64,000 bases of DNA from Tetramitus jugosus (taxonomy: Eukaryota; Protista; Heterolobosea): contig OW569345.1 in NCBI GenBank assembly GCA_937625935.1, forward strand, positions 434,001 through 498,000, in the 5' to 3' direction. Below the pieces are notes generated by a model. The model did no database searches. It saw only the letters and a list, made by a program, of their open reading frames with translations, and had not been told where the DNA came from. This document shows, piece after piece, positions 46,157 to 57,392 of this stretch; positions within the stretch are counted from its first letter, which is position 1; each line of letters begins with the position of its first letter. Position numbers and translations under genes: made by a program.

Positions 46157-46780
46157 ATGCACTTCTCCAACTGGTTCCATTCCTCTTCGCCCAGCTCTGA
46201 TGCTGCCAACTCCAATAGCAAGCCTGCTTCTGCACCTGCAGATGCGCCTCAAGTGTTTGACACAACGGATGCCCAAGGTATTGGAAGAGCAGGTGTTCGA
46301 GATTCTCTCATCATTCCCAATGCAAACGCATTCCAATGTTTCCAAGTTGTGGCAAACGTTGCCCAGTACCCCTCTTTTCTATCAATTTACAATAGTGTGA
46401 ACGTGGTGTCGGAGGCAACAAGTCCCGATCAAATGGTCAATGAACGGATTGCAAAGTATTCGATCCATACACCACTGATACTTCATCCCTTCTTGAAGAG
46501 TGTTGACTATACGCTGAGATTGATTAGCACCCATCATCCAAATGGAGTCTACACAATGACCTGGCAACAAACTGAAGGTCCTTCCTTCATTGTGGAAAAC
46601 ATCGGAAAATGGACCATTTCCCAGAGAGGACAAGATGTAGTCATGGAGCTAGAGATGAGTCTTGGCTACAGCTTCTACCTACCAAGTAACTTGAAGACAA
46701 TGATACAGACTCATATGGTTCGTGATACGTTGAATAGCATTAGGGATAGAGCCATCCAAGTCCAGAAGAAATCCTTCTAA
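46157..46780 (+). CDS. SRPBCC/polyketide-cyclase (Coq10/RatA-like) lipid-binding protein
   Basis: FQVVANVAQYPSFL, W.QTEGP..NIGKW and a C-terminal helix. Confidence 0.75.
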   Translation: MHFSNWFHSSSPSSDAANSNSKPASAPADAPQVFDTTDAQGIGRAGVRDSLIIPNANAFQCFQVVANVAQYPSFLSIYNSVNVVSEATSPDQMVNERIAKYSIHTPLILHPFLKSVDYTLRLISTHHPNGVYTMTWQQTEGPSFIVENIGKWTISQRGQDVVMELEMSLGYSFYLPSNLKTMIQTHMVRDTLNSIRDRAIQVQKKSF

Positions 46781-47074
46781 AAACACCACTTATTTTCCAC
46801 AGTTCTATCATCCTTATACCCCAGCCTATCCTCCCAGGATTCTGTGGAACAGAAGAATCCTCCCACGACACCTTTTAACTTATATAAACCCTTGTACAAA
46901 CTTTCTCCCTGTTTCGATTGCTGCCCATCTCTTAATCTCCGAGTTCTTTTGTCCGCTGTTGGATGACGAATGGTGGTGGAAATTTGAACCAAGAAGCACA
47001 GCGCAAAAAACAGCACAAGCGTGTTTTCACACCAAAAAACCAAAGAACAACAACAACAACAACAAACACATCCA

Positions 47075-48097
47075 ATGAACTTACCCATACCCACCTTTAT
47101 CACCAAATGGGCATGTACCATAACCAACTCCCATCCATTCCTCAGTGGTCTCATTGAACTGTTGGTGTGTCTCGCCTTCTTGCCCTCATTGCTCATTATG
47201 AGCTTTTTGTTCAAAGTGTACGATATGCTCTATGGTCGAAGAAAGAAACCTGTGATACCTATTGTAGAGGGATCAAAGCTATGCATTGTGATCACTGGTG
47301 CTTCTGCTGGCATTGGAAAATCTCTCGTGATGGAATATGCGAGAATCTATGGTCATTCGCACAAGTTGTGCTTTGGATTGATTGGAACGAGTGAAGATCG
47401 GTTGAGACAGAGTGTCAGAGAGCTTCAGGAAGTGTACGGTATCGATGCAAAGAATGTGCTGTATGCGGTGATGGACGTGAGAAACAGAGAGGCCATGAAG
47501 GAGTTTATTGAGAGAGTGGAGAGCGTGTTTGACGGTATTAATGTTCTCGTGGCGAACGCGGGTGTCGCTGATTATTCTCTGCGCAAGAATCATCCGCAAA
47601 TGGAGTTGAGTGAGGTGCAGAATCGAGTGTTGGACATTAATCTCAAGGGTCTCATGAACACAGTGTTGCCCATTGTGGATCGGTTGAACCGTGAAAAATT
47701 GACGGAAACAGGCTATTGGAAGGATCAGAGCATTTGTATTTGTATGGTGTCTTCTGTGTTTGCTGAATTCTCTCACAGTTCATTCTTTACGATTGTGAAG
47801 AAGGCTGTGTTAGAGTATGGAAAGTTTCTGAGGTGGACGTTTGTGAAGAACCCGCATGTGAGCATAACGATTGCTATGCCTGGATTTGTTGACACGCATA
47901 TTGGCCAAGCATTCCAGAATGACAAGTTTATGGTGTTGGACCCTGAAACGACAGCTGAATTGATGGTCGAAGGTATCGAAAGAGGTGATGAAGTGATCAC
48001 ATTCCCTCTACTATTGTACATTGTTGCAAAATTGACTCAAGTGCTTCCACTTGGTTTGTTTGAGCCCATTAATAAGGTGCTCAAGCTAGAAACATAA
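47075..48097 (+). CDS. Membrane-anchored short-chain dehydrogenase/reductase with an atypical active site
   Basis: N-terminal TM, ITGASAGIG, ANAG and PGFVDT; FxxxK in place of YxxxK. TATATAAA lies near 46880. Confidence 0.88.
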   Translation: MNLPIPTFITKWACTITNSHPFLSGLIELLVCLAFLPSLLIMSFLFKVYDMLYGRRKKPVIPIVEGSKLCIVITGASAGIGKSLVMEYARIYGHSHKLCFGLIGTSEDRLRQSVRELQEVYGIDAKNVLYAVMDVRNREAMKEFIERVESVFDGINVLVANAGVADYSLRKNHPQMELSEVQNRVLDINLKGLMNTVLPIVDRLNREKLTETGYWKDQSICICMVSSVFAEFSHSSFFTIVKKAVLEYGKFLRWTFVKNPHVSITIAMPGFVDTHIGQAFQNDKFMVLDPETTAELMVEGIERGDEVITFPLLLYIVAKLTQVLPLGLFEPINKVLKLET

Positions 48098-48432
48098 CAA
48101 CAGAGTCGCCGAAGAGGATTGTTCATTTTGATCTAAGAGATTGTTATGATCTGGATTGTCGCTGTCTCTCTTGTGGCTCATTTTATTCAGTGGACTTGGT
48201 CTCAGTTCTGGAATTGCAATCAGACCTATTAACCATTGCCTCCAAGCAACTGGGGCAGCCCCCAGAGCTTCAACTGAAATGAAAAATAGCTATTCCAAAC
48301 TTGTCCCTGTAAAGATTGTAATATGAGAATAAAGCAAAGGTGATATCCAAACAAAATAATTAACGAAATAGTGAAAATACAATGCAAATGATATAAAACG
48401 TTCAACTTTCGAAATAGAGAGGTTTATAGCAT

Positions 48433-49242
48433 TTAGAGACCGTAAATTTCCTTCAATTTGTTAGAGTCGGTCTTTGGGAACTTCAACACCTTGACTTTGG
48501 TGACGAAAACGTTTTGGACTGGGAAGATAACAGCGCACTTCTTTTCCATTTCAACAGCCAAAAGGTTCATGATGACCTTCTCGGTAAGTTGTCTTGCGTC
48601 AGAAGAGGTGACAGCCTTACCCAAAACTTCCTTCATCTTTCCAGTGATTCTGGCGACTTGGGAGGACTTAGCATAACAGGTCTTCTTCAATTGCAATTGT
48701 CTTCTCTTGGTGACAGCGATAGCGAAGACTCTAACAGTGTATCCGTCGGTGGTTCTAGCATCAACAGAGGTGGTGATCAGAGTGTGCCACTTCTTAACCA
48801 AGGATCTTGCCTTGTCAGTAGTGAATCTCATTCCGTGGAAGGAGGTCAAGCAAGCTCTGTCCTTGACTTCTTCAACTCTGAGCTTGACGACTTGGTGAGA
48901 TTGCTCTTCGTCCATCATCAAATCAGCAACGGAAGCTTCGAAGACACGTCCCTTCATCAATTCGGTGGAGATCTTGGTACCAGCGGTCTTGTTAATAGGG
49001 GTCTTGCAGACATCTCTGACCTTGAATGGTTGAGGTGCCTTGACGTCGAACCATTCCTTCTTTGCGAAGGTGTCAACGATCTTTTTCTTGGCCTTACCCT
49101 TTGGGACTCTCTTACTCTTTCTAAAGCAAATAACGGTATGGATGAGTATTTTGAACTGTGTGAAAATTGCAAGAGTCAACAGAGCATAATCCGCTTTGTT
49201 GAGCATGAGAAAAATGCGCTATGATACAAACCCTGCTGTCAT
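48433..49242 (-). CDS. RPS3A: 40S ribosomal protein eS1 (S3a); exons 49242-49232, 49120-48433
   Basis: MTAG/KSKRVPKG..KKEWFDVKAP, GRVFE and TTDGY. 111-nt intron GTTTGT..TAG and strong codon bias. Confidence 0.96.
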
Positions 49243-49397
49243 TTTGGATTATGTGTTTTGGCTAATGATGTTTGCTTTGTTTTGATTTTTTCGATTAATC
49301 GATTTTTTCTCGGTGGTTGACTTCAACGCAGGTTGACTGAAACTTCAAATTTTTTTCGCAAACTTCAATTTATTGATTGAAAGATTACTGTCCTTTC

Positions 49398-52300
49398 CTA
49401 CCTTGGTCCGTTGTTCGAACGATACTTTCTTGCATCGTCCACCCTTGGAGGCAAACTTCCAGACATTGGAGCAGGTAAGTTCGCTGGTGATGGAGTGTAC
49501 ACAACATTTCTTGGACTTTTGTTGGGCACTGGGGAGAGTGGAGATGGTGAATAGTGGTGAGTCGGTGTGTCTTGTTCCTTCCTTCGTCTTGGCTCTGTTT
49601 TCATGACAAGCCCCTGTGTGGTCGTGTTGCTGACTGTGTTGTTGTAAATGTGAGCTTTCCTCTCCTGGATCTTGCCATTGAATAAAAATGGCGTAATGTT
49701 GCCATGGACTGCATGGCAGGAAGCACAATTCGCGGTGTAGTCCTCTAGAACCCACCAGGTCTCCGTATTTTGCGTCTTTCGTGCAGAATTGATCATTGGT
49801 GGTGATAAAACAGAGGTAATTTTGCTCGTAAATTGTGGTGCATTCAATCGTGCATGACAGAACGAGTTGATTTGCTCACTCACTTTGTGCTGGTCATCTG
49901 TTTGCAGTTCAGCCACCTTGTCCTGTAACTCGTGCAGTAAAATCCTTAATAAGTCAGTGATGCTGCGAGATGTTGTTTGTGCCTTCGCTTGTGGGAGTTG
50001 GTATGAAACTTGACAGATCTTGTGATCTAGCAACATGAAGATACATTCAAGTACTGACTTGATCACACCACTGCGAATCGATGAGGCTGGCTTGGGTTTG
50101 ACGGTCGTATTTAGCAGATAACAGGTTGACAGAAGTGTGTGAATCAGTTGAAAGCATGCAATTAATCTCATCTGGATGCCATAGATACCGGACCGATCTT
50201 TCTTAATCATGAAAAGTGGTACAGTGGCTGAAGACTTAATCAAGTGCTTAATGGTTTCACATAAGGCGGAGCAAGTTTTTTCGGATATGTTCACATCCAA
50301 CCTACACAACTCAATGATTATATGATTGACCCCTTTGAGCTTATTGATCCATAGTTCATCATCTTCGATCGTTGTATGAAGTGCAGAGCTATGCGATTTC
50401 ATGAAGGTGAAAAAGTAATCACTGATTGCTGTCTTGAGCTTTGGAAAATGCTCAGCCAAGTGCAATAAAATGTACGAGTATACCTCTTTGAATCGCACCT
50501 GCTCGGCTGTTACTATCTTCGTCGATACTAGAGGCTCATATATATCTCTATTTAAACGATCCGAGTCCACTTGCGTTTTCCTTTTTGTGTGAAATATGAA
50601 TGAATGGGCAAAGAAAGCACCATGCCAAAAGTACCACATGTTGTCATCGCCCATTTTCTTTAAAAGGGTAATCATATCAGCTATGGTTGGTAGGGTGATA
50701 TCAGGCGAGCTTGGTTGAGGCATGGTAAAGTAAGGAAGCAGATCATTCATGATTTGACCCGATTGATTAGGGTTGAACACAGAGAGACTATGCTTCAAAA
50801 TCGAGCAAATAGCGACCTGACGATAGGAGAGATCAGAGTCTGGATGAATCAAATTGGATGGAAACCTATCATATAACACTTCAAAACACCTATACAGAAT
50901 TCCAGATCGACATGCGAGATGATGTAACACATCAGTTTTCGAAATATATGCATCATACAACTCGAGAACAGTCTCTGACAGTAATAGTGAAGATTTCTCT
51001 TGTTTTTGTCTTGTTCGACATAGTTCTCCCAATATTCGTATGCAAATCGGGACATGTGAGATGGTACAATTTTGTTTTGCTTGAAGGAACATTCTTCGCT
51101 CTAGTCCAGGGATTTCGAGCTTCAAATCATCACTTGATATCCCAGTTAATACCAATAGGTTGTTAAATTTGGCACATTCATGAGCCGTAATATCCGTATC
51201 TCCTCGCAGTATTACGAAGCCATACCATAGGATGATAGCAGATGATAAAAGCGTATTGTCGCTTAAAGATGCATCATCAGATTGATGGATCTTTCTTGAT
51301 ATTTGGCCAAACAAGCTCTTCAGAAAATGAGTAGTCAACACTTCATAGGACAAGAAGTCCAGCGCAACCGAAAATATTAGAAATTCTAATACCTTTCGCG
51401 CCTGTGATACATCATTGCTCTGTTGAATAATCTTAGCTCCAATAACATTACATAATGTATCATATAGATCGTTTGTCGTAAAAAAACATCCATTTGCCAT
51501 CATCTCACGAAGAAGAAAAATAACATTCGGAGAGCTTCTATCGAAACAATCAAAACAGAATTCGATGAATGGACGAAGTTCTCTCCTATTTGTAAATATG
51601 ATGGATGCTGAAAGACTAGTTAAGTGATTTTCCAAAAATGTTTCTATCATGTGACCAATTTTGTGAGGAGATAGGCGCTTGTTTTCTCGGAGGTCTGATA
51701 CAACTTCATCAATAAATAGACTGGAGATGGAGGATGGTGAGTGTTGAGTAACTGGAGGAGAGATAGGAGTTGAGTCATCACCGTCGCTTGTATTACTGTA
51801 GCTCGGTGATGAGGTTGGGGTAGTTGATAGGCCGTCCAGAAACATGGAGAGATGAGGGAAGTCGCGTTTAAAGATATCAATCTTAAACACTTCTGGGAAT
51901 GTTGTATAGAGATATTTCAGATACTCTTCGATTAGCTTTCGTTTCCGTGTTTCGATTATTACTTGCTTTGACTCCTTCTTGCACTGACTTAGCAAAACTT
52001 TTGACACAAGTTGAGCTTGGTCCATAGCAACGAAGGCAGATAAATAGTTGAGAACACTTCGACCTAGAGCGGTTTCGAAGGAAATCCATACACTTCTATT
52101 ATTCAGTTTCATGTTATGGTCCAAAATACATTTCACAAAATCAGCATATCTGCGATATTCACCCAAACTGACAAATATTGTGATAATTTTGGCGAGGGTG
52201 TCATATGAGACGAGAGATGATTCCTCGTTTGATTCAATCAGATGTTTCATATAAAGAAACAAACGGTCACATATGCTAAATATCAGAAATACTGATCGCT

Positions 52301-54772
52301 CGCGGCTTGTGCTCTCCAAGAAATTAAGAAATGATTGATCAGATTCTTCTGTTCTTTCTTGATGAAGAGACTCGATTAATGAGTCATAGTATTGTTCAAT
52401 TAGTTGGTCTTCGTGCCGCGATTGCTCATTTCGTGCAAATGACGCTCCATATAATGCAACTTTTCTTTTCAGTTGCAAGTATTTTGGTGCGTCCTCGTTC
52501 ATTGGTAATTGAAGAAGCATAAGTCTATGGATATTGTCGGGTTGCGATATATTCCCACGAGAAATCACTTCGTCTAAATACTCTTCAAACGAAAATATTC
52601 CACTTCTCACAAAATCACCAAATAAATAAAATAAATTTCTGATGGCCATCTCGTCTTGCACAGGGAAGTCATTAATCACACGGAATAGAATCTTCTGAAT
52701 ACGAGAGTATAGTTCTGGATGCTCAGAGGCGTGCTTCTGCAATATAGTACTCACAATATACCGCCTAAACCGCCCATAACGGTGCACAGTGTAACCCCAT
52801 TCACATATTATTGGAATTAGGTTTACATCTCCCTTCTTTAGTGTAGACAGGTACAATCGTTCAAAGCTGCCACTTTTCGTGAACTTATCAAAGGACTAAA
52901 AGAAAAATTTGTTAGTATGATTGAAAAATGAAACATTATTACATATAATTGCTATCATGCTTTTAAACCAACCTTAATCGTGTATAATTTGATATTATAA
53001 TTTGGATCAAGCTTTTTGATATCCATGGGTTGATCTACCAGTTGAAATATACTCGTGAAGAATTTGGAGGCATTCACTTGTTTCCGTAGGAGCCTAATAA
53101 AGTAATAGAGAGAGATTTTCAATTGCGGGGGACAGGACCGACGAGAAAGTAACTCTGCGCACTTGTCCAAAGCGTTGTAATATAAGTTTTTCATGTCCAT
53201 TGATAGACCAAATATTCCATCAAAGTTCACTCGCATGTTTCTTCGATTTCTAATCGATGAATAAGAGCTCCCATATGGAGAAGTGGTGACACTAGTAGCA
53301 CTACTGCTATTGTAGGAGATTGCTTCGCAACACTTTGACAGGAACCAATCTTCAATCATCGCTAAATCGATCAATCTCTCTTCATCACACCAAGCGATCA
53401 AGTTGATTACATATTTCACATCAAAATCATTAAAAGATGTTGTCGAGTTCATATCTTGACTGCAATCAACCTGCTCACTTAAAAAAGTACGAATTGTTTC
53501 TGTCCATATCTGTGTCATGTCTATACTCCTCGTCTTTTGTTGATTGACGAAATGTACCTTAATAAACCATATTGCCCTAACGTATGGCACTTGATATTTA
53601 CATAGCAGAGGTAAAATATCCTTTGTTTGAATACTATATCGTTGTCGTTATTATTGAAAAATAAGAGTGTTAGTGAACAACAAAGGAACAATACAACACA
53701 TCACAACATAAAACATAAAATCATCAACATACCAATTAGGTACTTGATAGGCGAGCTGCTTCAATGGTGTGTACGATTGATTGATCCCACGATTCGCTAG
53801 TTCGTCCATCCATTGATCTAAACTCTCTTCTCCGTTGGACGAAAGCTCTGGGAATGGCACCTTTGGTGTTTCACATTGACAAGCTTTCATTGCATTCTCA
53901 AACAAAACTTTCCTATCTTCTCTAATCTTTTTTGTTTGATATGTTTTCCATTCTGTTCGCAATGTAGACTCATGTGCCTTCAAATTTTTGATGAACGTTA
54001 GGAAATCGTTTGTTTTTGTGCTGATAAATGTTCCGTGTTGAATCGCTTTGGATCGCTTAAAATTCATCTCTGCATATCCCATTCTTGCATAATCTGTTGT
54101 AAAGGACAACTCTGGCACATCGACGCCTCCATCATGATACTTTGCATTGGTTTCTAATTGATATAGATCAGGAAATCCTAAGAAATCGTTCAATTCCTCC
54201 ACCTGAACACCATCAAACTCCAATTTTTTGGTTTTTACTCGTTGATTTTGTTGATTGTTGGATTGATTGACTCGCTTGTAATTCTGATAATTATTGAACT
54301 TGGATTGTTGTTGGTGTTGTGGATGGTGCTGCTGGTGTCGAGAATAGGGCGATATCGTGTTTCTTTGTTGATGTTGTGATGGTCCGTGATGATGACCGTG
54401 ATGGTGATGGTGTTGTTGCTGTTGTTGTTGATGATGGTGATGATGGGAGTGTTGATGATGATGTGGTGGATTAGAATTTTGCATCTGTTGTGGTTGTTGA
54501 TGGTGTTGTTGCTGCTGTTGAGCAAAGTGCTGTTGTGATGGTGGTTGCGGTTGATAGTGACCGTGGTAGTGATAGGACTGTTGTGTATGATGTCCAGTCG
54601 CTGATTGTTGTTGTTGTTGTCCGTAGTGTTGTGATTGTTGATCTGATGAGTTTCCATAGGGGCCATGCTGTGGCGCCTGTGATGGTGGTGGTTGTGAATA
54701 AATGTTTGATCTCACATTGCGGTTCATGTTGTTTTGATTTGTTGTTGCTACAAAATTTCGATTGTTGCTCAT
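49398..54772 (-). CDS. MED12: Mediator kinase-module subunit Med12/Srb8-like; exons 54772-53733, 53633-52973, 52895-49398
   Basis: The spliced sequence WMDELA..PLKQLAYQVP/..LLCKYQVPYVRAIWFIK matches the Med12 domain. ICEW..HRYG.FR.Y and LFGDFVRSGIFS follow. Both introns have CTAAC branch points. Confidence 0.85.
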
Positions 54773-55467
54773 GTTCGCTCGCTGACAGCAAAAATATATA
54801 TCAAACTCTCACAGAACAGAACTGAGGATGTAGTGGGTGGTGATAGATGTTTATAGCCGTGGATCAGCGATTTGATGAGTTGATTGTGTATTGTTGAGTG
54901 AACAATGTGTTGGCAGTTCACTTTTTTGTCGTTTTTCGGCGGGGAATATGAAAACAGAATACAGACGCGACCAGAAACACACGATGTGAACTTGATAGTT
55001 TTCAAACAATAACTGTGGGTGATAATATAACAATCTCCAGCTTTACTTCACAAGGCAACGATCGCAAGCTGTTTGCTCTTTTTCTTCAGCGGACAATGTT
55101 TTTGACTTATTTTAGCCCGACCTCCGACGGAGAAATTCAAAACCAGAAGGTGCACCCAGAAGGAGTGTGATCTTGATTGAGTATCAATACTTGGAATTTA
55201 AAGACTCGGACATGCATGGTTGTATCCCATCATTCTTCAATATTCAAATTTTTGATTACAATTCTGCAAGTTCAATCATTCCATGCACTGTCAACTATGT
55301 TTCCCCGGAGATTACAAAGTTCAACCTAATTTTTCCGATTCACAGGAGAATCGGCAGCTGTTGGTTTTCACACGGCCGCATCTTTTTCTTTTTCACCTCG
55401 TGTTTTATCCACACGTAAAAAAATCAAACAAGTTTTCTCTTCTTCATAAAACAACTAGTGCATCACC

Positions 55468-56820
55468 ATGATTTCCAGAGTTCAACGATTGAGCCATTGC
55501 AGAAACTACAACTTGCCTGCATCTCTTCAAACCTTTACTGTCAGAAACGCCGCAAAGGAAAAGTTTGACAGAAGCAAGCCTCACATCAACATTGGTACCA
55601 TTGGTCACGTCGATCACGGTAAGACTACCCTGACTGCTGCCATCACCAAGGTTTTGTCCTCTCTTGACACCAGCAACTCCTTCAGATCTTATGACCAAAT
55701 TGATAAAGCCCCAGAAGAGAAGCAAAGAGGTATCACTATTTCCACATCACACATTGAGTATCAAACTGCAAACCGCCATTATGCTCACATTGATTGCCCT
55801 GGTCACGCTGATTACATTAAGAATATGATTACTGGTGCTGCTCAAATGGACGGTTCCATTCTTGTCATTTCCTCTGATGACGGTCCTATGCTCCAAACCA
55901 AGGAGCATTTGCTTTTGTGTAAGCAAGTCGGTATCAAGCACATTGTTGTCTTCATGAACAAGGTTGATCTTGTGAACGACAAGGATATGATTGATATTGT
56001 CGAAGAAGAAGTCAGAGAAGTTTTGACAAAGTACGAATTCGATGGTGAAGCAACTCCAATCATTAGAGGATCTGCTTTGAAGGCTTTGGAAGGTGACCAA
56101 TCAGAGATTGGTGAGCCTGCCATCTTGAAGTTGATGGAGGCTGTTGATTCCTACATTCCTGAACCAAAGAGAGAAATGGCCAAGCCATTCTTGATGCCTG
56201 TTGAATCTGTTTTCAAGATTTCTGGTAGAGGTACTGTCGCTACTGGTAAGGTTGAAGCCGGTACCATCAAGATTCAAACTGAAGTTGAAATTGTTGGTTT
56301 CGCTCCAACTCCATTGAAGACTGTCATTACTGGTATTGAAATGTTCCACAAGTTGGTTGACAAGGGTCAAGCTGGTGACAATTTGGGTCTCTTGTTGAGA
56401 AACGTTGAAAAGACTGATGCCAGAAGAGGTACTGTCATTTGTAAGCCTGGTTTGTTGAAGCCTAGAGTCAGATTTGATGCTGATGTCTATTGCTTGACCA
56501 AGGAAGAAGGTGGAAGACACACTCCTATGGTTGATGGTTTCCAACCTCAATTCTTCTTCAGAACTGCTGATATTACTGGTAAGATTAGGTGGTTGCCAGG
56601 TGAGGGCGCTCAACCAGAAGACAAGCAAATGGCTATGCCAGGTGATCACAAGAAGGTCTCTGTTGAATTGATTGCACCTATGGCTTTGAAGGAAGGTTTG
56701 AGCTTTGCTATCAGAGAAGGTGGTAACACCATTGGTGCAGGTATTATTACTGCTGTTTCTGAGGATATGACTGGTCACACCGTCTTGGATGCCAAGAAGG
56801 GAAAGGGTGGCAAGAAGTAA
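55468..56820 (+). CDS. TUFM: Mitochondrial elongation factor Tu (nuclear-encoded)
   Basis: Basic presequence, [22 protein letters not shown] and EGGRHTP. Confidence 0.96.
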   Translation: MISRVQRLSHCRNYNLPASLQTFTVRNAAKEKFDRSKPHINIGTIGHVDHGKTTLTAAITKVLSSLDTSNSFRSYDQIDKAPEEKQRGITISTSHIEYQTANRHYAHIDCPGHADYIKNMITGAAQMDGSILVISSDDGPMLQTKEHLLLCKQVGIKHIVVFMNKVDLVNDKDMIDIVEEEVREVLTKYEFDGEATPIIRGSALKALEGDQSEIGEPAILKLMEAVDSYIPEPKREMAKPFLMPVESVFKISGRGTVATGKVEAGTIKIQTEVEIVGFAPTPLKTVITGIEMFHKLVDKGQAGDNLGLLLRNVEKTDARRGTVICKPGLLKPRVRFDADVYCLTKEEGGRHTPMVDGFQPQFFFRTADITGKIRWLPGEGAQPEDKQMAMPGDHKKVSVELIAPMALKEGLSFAIREGGNTIGAGIITAVSEDMTGHTVLDAKKGKGGKK

Positions 56821-57392
56821 ACTCCTTTTGTTCTTTTAATAAGAACCAGCTGTTCCATTCTTTTTTCTTCTGCATTTGAACAATCATCACAGGTCCTTTT
56901 GTATTCATTACAAAGACTTACTGCGCTGCCCTCGTACAACGGATATCAATACTCGCGCATGACACGTCAGATGACTGGACATTGCCTTCATCGAATTAGA
57001 AAAATAGCTCCTGCCAGTACATTTTATGATCTTTCTCGTGACCCCAGAATGCAAAGTTGAGCTTCAATCAAGAAATAGAGCATTTTTGTTCATCTGTTCT
57101 TGATGTGTTCACCACATCTCTTCATGAAATCGACCACAATGGAACGTTGTAATCTGTTGTTGAACCCGAATAAATAGGAATCGGACATGCGGACTTGCCA
57201 TATCTCTAAAGTTTAGCGCCATCTACCACTAAAAATGATGGCACACGTCACACAGTGGGTGCGTAAATACTGACCCGGGGAGGGTACCCGAGGGAATGAT
57301 TCCCCACAAATCCGTTCCACAATTGCAACCGAAAGCAAAAAACAAAAGCAAAACAATCTTTGATTCTATCTTTTCATTTTGAAGAACACACA

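Noticed and set aside
48514-49224. 236-aa plus-strand ORF opposite RPS3A
   Set aside because: Antisense shadow of a strongly codon-biased gene; no motif.
49121-49231. Possible intronic snoRNA in RPS3A (vertebrate RPS3A hosts U73)
   Set aside because: No C/D box pair or H/ACA layout recognisable by eye; an Infernal search would be decisive.
53605-53625. ATATCCTT, resembling a U12 AT-AC donor
   Set aside because: Lies on the antisense strand of a MED12 exon; the real introns are GT-AG.
55747-56778. Minus-strand ORFs opposite EF-Tu
   Set aside because: Same antisense codon-bias artefact.
57214-57230. AGATGGCGCT CTCF-like motif on the minus strand
   Set aside because: Partial match only, and CTCF is not expected outside bilaterian animals.
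56821-57392. Relatively long intergenic region as a possible ncRNA or SECIS
   Set aside because: No recognisable structure or ORF, and no in-frame TGA in the flanking genes.
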